Assembly (NCBI RefSeq): GCF_000150275.1
Contig: NW_002060946.1
Coordinates: forward strand, 1,755,454 to 1,819,453
DNA length: 64,000 nt
Direction of reading: 5' to 3'
Origin: Trichoplax adhaerens
Lineage: Eukaryota; Animalia; Placozoa
Shown here: piece after piece, positions 20,196 through 37,776 of the stretch
How the letters are laid out: every line of letters begins with the position of its first letter
Numbering within the stretch: the first letter of the stretch is position 1
The notes under the pieces: generated by a model
Database searches by the model: none
The model's input: only the letters and a program-made list of their open reading frames with translations
What the model was told of the DNA's origin: nothing
Made by a program: the position numbers and the translations under genes

Positions 20196-20807
20196 GGCCG
20201 CTGTACCCTTGTTGGAGAGGAAAGGGGAAAACAACCGTTCGTTGGCCAAAATGAGAGTCCCGACATTTGTTATTGGTCATTTTACTATATAGAAACTCTA
20301 GTTGATGTCGAATCCCTCTATCTACTTCACGTCTAGAGACTGGAGCAGCCATCGACTTGATGGAAGCCTGGTCTGGCCGCTTACTCTCTTTTACACAGAG
20401 TGTACAGTGTACAGTCTCCTATCCGGAATTGCTCAACTATGTACTGTACACTGTACTCTTCCTCGTCGATAGTGGTAACGGAGCGGTACAACTACTGTCC
20501 AGTGTATCGTGTAGAGAGTCCGAGACCTACGTATAGTATAGTGAGTTGAGTAGTCCATGGGGTACAACCGTGGACTAATGGACTCTTGTCATTTCCAGTA
20601 GTCTGTCCGACTGGAGTCACTGGGGTGACAGGCTGTTACGTTACGTGGTGCAACAGCGCATCACACTGAAATAGTAATGAATGACCGTTACGGTACGGTA
20701 CTGGTACGTCAGCGCTGGCCCCACACGTCAGTTCAAGGACCCGTTCTAGCCTGGGCCACTCGCATCGTTGTTGGCAGCCATTGCCCTGGCAGTCTTTCCA
20801 TTCCACC

Positions 20808-20868
20808 TTCTCGCCATTTCTGGCTATTTCTGGCTATTTCTGGCCATTTCTCACCATTTCTCACCATT
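20808..20868. repeat. 10-bp period minisatellite, about 6 copies
   Basis: TTC TCGCCATTTC TGGCTATTTC TGGCTATTTC TGGCCATTTC TCACCATTTC TCACCATT. Confidence 0.9.
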
Positions 20869-21059
20869 GATAGGAGTTGGACGATCCAATTGGATTAAGG
20901 CAGCCCTTGAAACGCTGATGAACATTAATTCATCACTATCAGTCAAGATTGAAAACCATTTGCAAACAACTTGCAACAAAGTCAATTGTATTGACGCTTG
21001 ACTCCGTTGAACTCTTTTGCAATCTTGCCTGCAATCCAGTTGTTGTTGATTGATCCAAG

Positions 21060-28000
<6,941 letters not shown>

Positions 28001-29225
28001 ATCTTATCTTACCAGATCTTTGACTAGCAGTAAAGACTATAATTAAATATCTTAAAAGTTATATTGATATCTATATTGCTAATTATCAATATTAATTTAC
28101 AAAGACAGTGATTTCAAATAAATTTTGTATTGCCTTTCTCATATTCATATTTATGAGGATGCTTTATACAGTATATGCTGAATTAATTTAACAAAAAGAT
28201 GATGTATTATCTGTGCATTTGATTTCAATAATTCTACTTCCTATAAGATTGTAATTACTATAGAAGGCTACATATTTGAAAATTGATATTTTGAATAAAG
28301 TTTTTAATGGATAATGGTGCATGACTGAATGTATCAGCTAGAAAATGTATTATATTAGCAATAGTTCGTTTAAACCTGTTTACGAAAGCTAGTGCAGCTT
28401 GATAACGTAAATAAGCTGATAACTACCCAAGCATTGTCAATTAGTGGCTATAATATAGTAAAATAAAGTAATACTATAGATTTATAGACAATTACAGAGT
28501 ATTTTAATTACTTTTAGCCGATAATGATTATCATATTAGTAGAAGTAACAGCAACAATTTTACGATTATAACGTTAGCTAGCATCCAATATTAGTTTTAT
28601 TCGAACGCAAATTTCATAATCAAATAAGAAGCATTCATAGAGCTTATGATGGTGTATTATTGTTTATTGTTATACGTAAGTAATTTTTGTCGCCAATACG
28701 CATAGAACGTCAGTGAAGTATACTCTATTGTATGCATTCTACGCTGATAAGTAAAAGCTACCATTATTACTTTTCTACAAATCATGAATAATATTATACT
28801 GTACGTTGCAGCTCTAGATCATAACAAGCTCAAAAATTTCGCATACGTATACGTACTTCTAACAAATGAATACTTAAGCGTTACATCGATGGTTTATTCA
28901 ATACAAAAATATGTTATGAAAGACAAAAGACATATATATATATCTTATTTACAACTTATAAGTATCGTGAAACAAATCTAAAGGCTTAGAAATATAAATT
29001 TGAATACAATAAAGCGTTTAGAACTCTTGGAAAGATAACAGCAAAAGAGTGGATAAATATAATAAAAGAAATATTTGTGTCTTAATATTCTATAGCAAAT
29101 ACAAAGTACCATAATCTTAATACTAAACATTATTACTAAACAGATTATCAAATTACTACGAAATGATTAATCATTTTGATATAAGCTAACAATTATGGCT
29201 GCATACTTGATTCTATGTGGCGGCC

Positions 29226-32200
29226 TTACACTTTTGATTGAAGTGAGCGATGTATATTTCTCGCGCGATTAGCTAAGTTAGCCCATGCCTCTGGGCGACG
29301 TCTGAAGTAAATGATAGATCCAATAATAACCACAAGTCCAGCTACAATGGCAATAACGATTCCGGCGATGGCTGCAGTGGCTGGCTGGGTCCTTGCTACG
29401 TAAAGTCCACCTTCGCGTTGACTAAATCTAGCAATATTATTCTCAATAGTAACATTGGGTACTCTTGTCCATGATTGAGCATTAATATAACTTGAGTGAT
29501 AGATATGAATCTCTGATGAAATCTGAGAATCAAGCTTCAAAGTCACATCAAAAGATTTTGATGAAAAATTGGTGAAAGGATAAACGACCAAAAAATCGCT
29601 TGCGTAGCCATCTCCAACATTTACTGTACCATGAGCTTGCTTTATACGCTGTTCTCCATCATTACGATTCCACATTTCAAGTCGAATATTAACAAGCGAC
29701 TCTAATGCACCCTGTTGGATCCATAACCCTTGTTGATTGCTTTAATGACATACGTACATAAATACATATATATGTTATTACGTCTTCTCAAGTCATACAC
29801 ATATATATATATATAATATATATAACTCGTAAATATATGTGTAAATCAGTGTAATTGAGCTATTATTCTTCCTTAAGTTAATTGCAGTATAACATACCTT
29901 CCGCTAACCGTCAAATTCCCACCGTTCCAACCAATTTTCTTTTCAGATATAACATAATCTATCACGACAATCCGGCCCTTTTGGCTGCGATTAGAAAAAT
30001 TATTATTTCTTGTCGACATGTAGTAGTACACACCATTAGATGTAACTTTTCGCGGTCCTAAGTCAAAATAAGTGCCTGCATCATCCAATTCGGACATTTC
30101 ACCACCAAATTGATCTAGCAGTGAGAGTAAAGTGTAAGCATTAAGCTCAATATCATAACTTAAAAACCGTTAGAATCAACAGTAGAAATTAGAACTGCTA
30201 TTTTAACGGAGTTACTAAGTACTGCAACTATAATCATAGTACATAAAAACTGAAACATGAATTAAAGTACTGATGCATTTCTCAATGAAACACTAGAGCC
30301 TAAACTTACTTGGTGATAAGAGGGCTAAGTTTACCAAATCTTGTGCTGAAAATCCTGTGAAATTGGACCTTGCTAACATACTGGGATAGTTATTGCCCCA
30401 GTGACCAAATTGACTAGATCTAGTACTACCTTCTGGATAGTTTTTATTCCTTAACATGACGATGTTAGACCTATCTGTACCAGCCCTTCCTTGACCGTCG
30501 TTATTATTAGGATTAGTATTGGAACCAGTCCATCTATATTCAATATCAATATTAACATATTAGGCATTAACAGCCTAAACATAATCTTTTATTGATAGTA
30601 AAAATTAAAAAAATTATTATCACAAACTTACTGGACATGAACGTAGCTATTCTTAGACACCATTAATGTATTGGGCACAAAATCATACTCCACAGCAGGA
30701 TAAACTTGAACAATATTACCACGCTTTCCTCGAACATTTAAATTATGTATCAACTTATCTTCCAATTCTTTCGGTCTTTTGCGAATAGCAAATCGATGAG
30801 AACTAACAAAAGGTACACAGATAAGATTATGCAATCTATAGCAATGTTGGCTAATCATGGAAAATAATACTAATGTAGTGAAGAAATAGCTAATATATTA
30901 ACTTACCGATCTTGAAAAGTTCGTCCAAACTGATTAGTATTAATGGCTAACTGCAATTTAAAGCCGCTATTGCCAATCTTTTTAAATACTCGAACGTTAG
31001 GATTTTGTTCATAAACATAACCTCGGTTTTCTCCTTCTGTCTGGTTCAAGTTAAATCTACTGTGAACATCTAACCACGTTGGCTCATTCACTTTAACGCT
31101 ATTTAAGGTAGAATTAATATCACCACTCCAGCCGTCAAATTCTTTGGTGGAAATGTTATATCTAGGGTAGTTAATATTTTACAGGTAACCAAGTTAAGAA
31201 ACTTTGATTACTTTTACATTATTATAGAACGTATTATACACAGCAGAGATATTTTTGCTTTACCTCATTCGTAATACGCAATTTTCATGAAAATCATTTG
31301 GAATGGTCCAATTATACATCATTGGATAGCCACCTTTTGTGTTACCCAAATGGTTATCTCTACTCCAATCAGCTTCACGACAGTCTGGAGCTGGGATACC
31401 ATGAGATGGATACTCCGACCATTTACCCCGCGTACCGTTTGGATCATTGCTTGGATAGACTAAGTTCTACAAATATTAAGGGAGATCATATGTTCAAGTT
31501 GTTAGTCAGTAACGAAATGCCTTTTTTATTTCCTTAAATTATTTGGCTTACTTCACAATCTTTCTTATTATTTGGTATAAAATCTTTGGAATTTCGCATG
31601 ATATGAAAGCGATAGTAAGCATTTGGCACAACACACTGCCACCGTGACTTAACGTTGTGACTTTCTGCTTTGTAGTAAGGGCATCTAGTTGGCTCGGAAG
31701 TAAGGATGGCAATATCCTAAAGGAGGTATCCACCATCCCAATAGAATAACAATTCTAACTTTAATAATATATCAGGAATAAATTCAGCAATCTTGAAATA
31801 CAAAATGAAATTACCTTCCATTGTGTGTGATGCCAGTAAGGGTAATAATCTCTTTCTTCAGGGCATTCATAGCCTCGTCGAGTACCAGCAGGATTCTGTC
31901 TAGTATAGATTGCACCGTTGCCTTTTAACTTCTATAAATTCAATTGATTAGGAAATTTACAAAGAATTTCAGTAACAAGTCATTTATTAAAGAGAAATGA
32001 TTTTAACATTGATTAATGATACTCTACGATCAATGATATAAATCGCTAACAATATCTGCACAATGGTTACAATTACGTTTTGTTCTTTTGATTTTCATTA
32101 CCTGATCAGCAGTAAATAAGCCTTTGTTACGAGTTCGATGTTCGCAGAGTTTGTAACTGTCGTAAGTTTCATGCATCCCATATCTGTATTACATGGACGA

Positions 32201-35200
32201 AATAATGTACGTAAATAAAGTGTTATCTACTCTAGAAGCGTACTTATGAATTCGACTAAAATCGAAGTATTATGCGGCCCACTGATCCTTTGTGTATTAA
32301 AAGTAATCATATACTACTATATATAGCGTAATCTATCGTTATATGGACGTATGAAATAAAAAGTGTACTACATCAACAAAAATTTTTAGATGGGTTAGCA
32401 TGCTACATTGGACTACGTCTAATTACTCAAGTTACATAGTTAGTCGATTACCTGATGTCACGATTGCAATCATAGTTACTACACCCTGTTGGTGATTTCG
32501 GAATGGTCCTATTAAATTACCGACACAATTTACAATTTTAATGATGGCTGAAGGGCATCAATGGCTATGCAGTATTCGATCAATTTTTCCTATTAATACC
32601 TGGTAGTAACACCATCACGGATTAAATCATGACACATGTACTGCAAGATCAAATTGCAGTGGTTATTAGGATTGTTGCACGAATGTTGGTTCGTCCTATG
32701 TGATATTTAGTTATAGGTAACGAAATAGTTACATGTTAACAACCTAATAAAAAAATGCGTTGAATGCAAGATAGCGCATAGCATAGATAGCTAGTAATGA
32801 ATCAACAATGACGACTATTAGATTTAATTGATTGACTGAAATGTTGAGGTAAAAACAGTATGTACAAACTTACCATTCAATATTCAAGACCGTACCAGCA
32901 TAATAATACAAGTTTCCAACATTGTATCCACCGCGATTATTGTTTTCAGAATTAAAGAGCCTAAAGAGAGAGAGATTAATGTTTTATATTAAAATGATAG
33001 CGTAACAAAATGCTACTGTACTTGTTTTATTGGATGTATTCAGAACTACGGGTTTACTGTATGTTTGGTTAACTAAGTATCGCCGTCCAATTACTGTACA
33101 TCCAAAAAATAATGATGATAATAACAACGGCGTCGATATCATCAAGCTACCGATAGATATTACAGTATTTGCAAGTAGCATGAATAGCTAATACTACAAT
33201 CTTTCTATCCTATCGTACGCTGCTAAAACTGCAAAAAGTACAGTTAGTGTTGAAAAATTTACCTTGCGCATAGTATAGTATTACGGCACTAAGAAACGTA
33301 ATTGGGTAGTAGAAACTAGATACTAACAATTGTAAAGAAATGCCATACTTTATACTCTACACTATTGCCTGTAGTATTTTTATTTGTCACGAGTTAATCT
33401 GATGTTCTGGCAGCGAAAAGACGCCATCATCATAATACTATTTCAATCGATCTAATAACAACACAGCCAGAAATCACGCTATTAATGTATCGTTGATGGT
33501 CACCAATTGCCAAAGACGCATCACTACTGTAAGCATTAGTATAGACTTGTGATTTATTAAAGTTACGTTACTAGCGAGTTCTAAATGATTCTTCGCACAT
33601 CACTGTATGCAGTTAACCCATTGAGTATCATTAAAACTGACCTGTTGGCATTGGCACGAGGTCTAGTAGCTTCGTCCAGACGATTATTACTTCCTCTAAA
33701 TAAAAGGATATATTCATCAAGAATTAGAAATTAAGCGTTGAATTATGTACAAAATTGAGATCCAAAATGGGAATCTAGCTTAGGAGAAAAGTCCCCCCAA
33801 AATACATTTTATAACGTTAATCTGGGTATTTACTCGTATAGAAAGATCAATGTCAGTCAACTGCAGCGAAAGTGATGTGTATCACGTTCAGTTGGCATGG
33901 GTTGGAGTATTTTGTTATTAACCTTTTTAATATCATTGCAAATATCTCCATTGCCTGGTCATGTAATGTAGACGATAAGTGTATTAGTATAATTACTCTT
34001 TTACAGTTATTAACATACTAGTGGAATGATATCATATCACTTGGTATTTTTCAATATTGTGTACTGTATTTGCCCTGTGTGATAAAGACTGATTCTCTTT
34101 CTACATTGAATATCGTGCGAAAATTATATACATACAGTATATAGTTAATCGGTAGTACTGCAGCATTGACTACATCATCGATCAAGAAAATCCCATAGGA
34201 CAAATCATTTATTCATTATAGTATTAATCTACTGAGGCTAAAAGCGTTGTTAAGGGCGATTGATACTATCATCTTGATCATACAGTTGTGAAAATACAGT
34301 AGTGCAACGGTGGATTGATAGTCATTTGGTAACTATCGTCCTAGATAAGTTGAGTGTAATTAGGGACTAAGGGTAATTACTGAAAGTGTAATAATATCGA
34401 CAATGAAGAGATGTGAAGTAGCAAGTATTGGTAAATTAGTCATAGGCTAATAGTTGCGACTTGTAGTAGGTTGACAATACCATCGATATTCAAGCTCTAG
34501 TCGTCCATGATAGTACTACCGTTATTATGGTTCTAAACTAAAGTAGATCAGCAGTAGATAAATATAATGATAATGGATAAAGTAAGGGTAATTCACGGCC
34601 ATTACTCAAGCTCTAGTTGTCCATGACAGTATTACAGTCATAAGATAAAGTATACTCGTATAATTAATCTCGATAAATTGAATAATACTGCTGTTGACGG
34701 CGATCGAATACGATCACAGTGCAAGTAAGTAAGTAACGATTGGTTGATATTTTCTTCTAGTACTGTAGTACCACTTGATATCATAAGATAAAGTCAAGTA
34801 GATATTGGACTTGTCCTTGTTCCACTTACTTTATCTATTCCTTACAGTACAGTATCCTATGGCTAAGTGGAAGACAAAGTGTTGCTGAGGGCAACCGAAT
34901 ACGATCCTATCGATGACATTGATATATCCAGTAGTGGTACTGATCATGATTGATCGACATTATTTCTACTCGTTGGTGATGATAAGATTAGTTAGTAGAT
35001 ATAGAGTCGATCAATAACGGACAGTTAAGGGCAATCATTCGAATACACTAATAGAGCAGGTGGCAAGTACTACAGAATTCCTTATTGCCCCGATAAAATA
35101 AAAATTGTAACTGTTGTTTATGGGCGATCGATTACTGTATTTGATAACAAGTGGTAAATTGTCGAATGTTAGTCTAAAGTTATTGTTTGCTTTTCTACCT

Positions 35201-35281
35201 TGGATTATGGAGGTATACATCGCCATGGACAAAAAGGATAGCATGAAGAATGAATAGCAAGATCGCTATGAATTTCACCAT
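29226..35281 (-). CDS. DD3-3-like type I membrane protein (14 coding exons)
   Basis: Exon 35281-35199 encodes signal peptide [20 protein letters not shown] followed by DVYLHNPR. Exons 33695-33642, 32960-32874, 32695-32600, 32508-32452, 32183-32102, 31931-31815 and later ones give [64 protein letters not shown] and [12 protein letters not shown]. The last exon has a TM helix ([27 protein letters not shown]) and ends SKV. The family assignment (Dictyostelium DD3-3-like) is from recalled motifs. Confidence 0.9.
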
Positions 35282-35557
35282 CTTTAGTAATCCCACCGTA
35301 TTCTATTTACGCGTACTGTAGTTGGCCAACGAAAACTATTTCCACCAATTCCACTGAGTGTAAGATTTTTTTTCAATTTTGGACACTCTTGTTTCTTGAT
35401 ATTGATTCAAGATTGAAAGATTAGTTTTTGTAATGAAGTTTGCTGTATAATGCTTGAACTCTTTGGTAATTATAGATGGAATTGAACGGATTCAAAATGA
35501 TCATGTAGAAATTATAATGGACGATGAAAGGTAATTTTTGTTATTATTGGAGAAAAA

Positions 35558-36790
35558 CGGTGATCTCCAAAAGCGAAGCGGAAATGTTGGCTTTAAAGCA
35601 AATAGTTCCCTGATAATGAATCGTTGGGTGGGTCACTGGTGCAAATCAACGTTGAGCAAATCAATCAAGTAAAGCAGTGAATGATGAAGAAATGCAATCC
35701 AAGTCAATCAATCAACGAAAGCGGTGGTATCCAAAAGCCAAGACCAAGCCGAAGCAGGAAGCAAGCGGAAATGTTGGTTTTAAAGTAAAATAGTTCCCTG
35801 ATAATTCAATCGTTGGGTGGGTCACTGGTGCAAATCAACGTTGAACAAATCAATTAAGTAAAGCAGTGAAGGATGAAGAAATGCAATCCAAGTCAATCAA
35901 TCAACGAAAGCGGTGGTATCCAAAAGCCGAAGCAGCAAGCAAGCGGAAATGTTGGCCCCTTAAAGTAAATAGTTCCTTGATAATGAATCGTTGGGTGGGT
36001 CACTAGTGCTAATCAACATGGACAAATCAATCAAGCAAAGCAGTGAACGGCAATAAGAATGGAGTAAATGATGGAAGAAATGCAATCCAAGTCAATCAAT
36101 GGACGAAAGTGGTGATTTCCAAAGGCGAAGACCAAGTCAAGAAGGAAGCGAGCGTCAAGGTTGGGCCAAGGCTTTGAAGCCTTCAAGTCAATACTTGCCT
36201 TAATATATACAGTATGATTGATCGTTGGGTGGGTGACCGGTGCACGTCAACGTTGCTTGATTTAATTGACCTTATAAGGTAATTTATCAGCGTCAACACC
36301 GACTGGCTACAACATCCCGGACGCATCATCATCACTGCCAGCACGACACTGCACTACTGTAGACATTACAGTGTACAGTACAAGTGTACAGTCTACTGTA
36401 GACTGTAAACTCAGTGTACAGTACAGCACTGTACAGTGTACTGTACTGTAGAGACTGCCCGAGTGCCATACAGTTCTAAAGGTTGGCCAAGGCTTTCAAG
36501 GCTTCAAGCCAATACTTCCCTTATTATGTACAGTATGATTGATCGTTGGGTGGGTGACCGGTGCACGTCAACGTTGCTTGATTAAATTGAACCTTATTAG
36601 GTAATCGTCAGCGTCAACACCGACTGGCTACAGCTACACCTGTCGAAGGTTCAGGACGCATCACCATCACTTGCAGGTGAGTCGACATTACAGTCTACAG
36701 TACAGTTTACTGTAGACTGTAGACTGTAAACTCAGTGTACTGTAGAGGTTAGAGACTGCCCGAGTGCTGTACTGTACAGTGCTAGACCAG
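35558..36790. repeat. Compound tandem array between the divergent DD3-3 genes: three ~185-bp units then two ~320-bp units sharing a core
   Basis: Core ATCGTTGGGTGGGTSACYRGTGC..TCAAC at 35620, 35809, 35987, 36221 and 36542. The last two units contain TACAG/TACTG-rich tracts. Confidence 0.93.
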
Positions 36791-37466
36791 ATCGCATTCT
36801 GACCCGGTCCCAGTCCCACTCCCGCTCCAATGATTTTGTACCAGACTGGAGCCTATGAATCGATCTCGGAATCATTTTCCTCTTCTGATCGCAAGCTTGT
36901 CTAAAATTAGCTATGAAGTCATGGCATGGATCAAGTTGCAAATTACAGGCAAGAAGGCAAGCAATAACATCATTCATCTCCTGCTATCCTAGTTGGAATA
37001 ACAACGATGGATTCGGCACAAGTAGACAAACTCCATTGGGCGTACAAGTTCATCACACGATTGTCAACCATAGCTCATTACAAAAGGGATTTTTCATTTT
37101 TCCAATGGCCATTTTTCTTTCCTAGTCACCAAGCTGCACGTACCATTCACTTGAAAATCAAGGGTGGAGCTTGCCTATTGACTTAACATTCAACAAGAAA
37201 GCCTTCTATTATCCCTTTCACATGAATTTGTGTTGACAAAAATGCCATTAATTGACCTAATTCTCTATTCTCAAATATAGAATGGAGAACCCAATCCAAA
37301 TTGATTCTTGGATTGGATAAATACGCTTATGCAAATGACTTGGACAGAAATAGTCTATAGCAATGGCTGGAGAAATTTCCGCCACTCTACTGTAGTATCC
37401 AATCCATAGTGGAGTTCCAGTAGCTCTTGGACTGTATGACGGCTCAATCCAAGCGCACTGCATCGA

Positions 37467-37550
37467 TGACGTCACCATGGTATCATGAGGAGCAACTTGC
37501 CTCTCCCATTACCTTCAGGCTTCAGTACTGGACGACTTGCTGCTATATAG
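37467..37550 (+). promoter_or_regulatory. CRE plus TATA-like box upstream of the secreted DD3-3 gene
   Basis: Perfect TGACGTCA at 37467-37474 and TATATAG at 37544-37550, followed by a pyrimidine-rich leader and the ATG at 37777. Confidence 0.45.
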
Positions 37551-37776
37551 GTTCGATGGTTTGGCCATCACAACGATTCTTCTTCTTCCATCCATAGCTG
37601 CTTTCCTTGCTCTACTTTTGCACTTCATTATACCGACGACGTATTGATTGTATTCTTCACTCTTGATTCTTCTTCTATGTCAAGCTTGAAAGTGTTTGTT
37701 GCCATTTTCGATACGCCTTGATTCAATCCTAACCAAACTCCTAGTCACCGACCGACCATACGCTAAACCGTCAACA

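Larger units (their letters stand above)
19770..20900. promoter_or_regulatory. GC/CpG-enriched island, probable bidirectional promoter region of the PFKFB pair
   Basis: Visibly higher GC and CpG than the flanks. It lies between the divergent first coding exons (18626 on -, 21060 on +) and is dense in palindromes and short inverted repeats. Confidence 0.6.

Noticed and set aside
35035-35244. ORF-track [13 protein letters not shown]... as the first exon of the minus-strand DD3-3
   Set aside because: Wrong frame. The frame starting at 35281 gives the signal peptide and the conserved DVYLHNPR.
35558-36790. CRISPR-like repeat-spacer array
   Set aside because: The sequence between the cores is itself repeated and far too long for spacers. 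The context is eukaryotic and there are no cas genes.
37696-37776. N-terminal extension of the plus-strand DD3-3 given by the ORF track
   Set aside because: It starts at TTG. The ATG at 37777 (or 37786) directly precedes the signal peptide.
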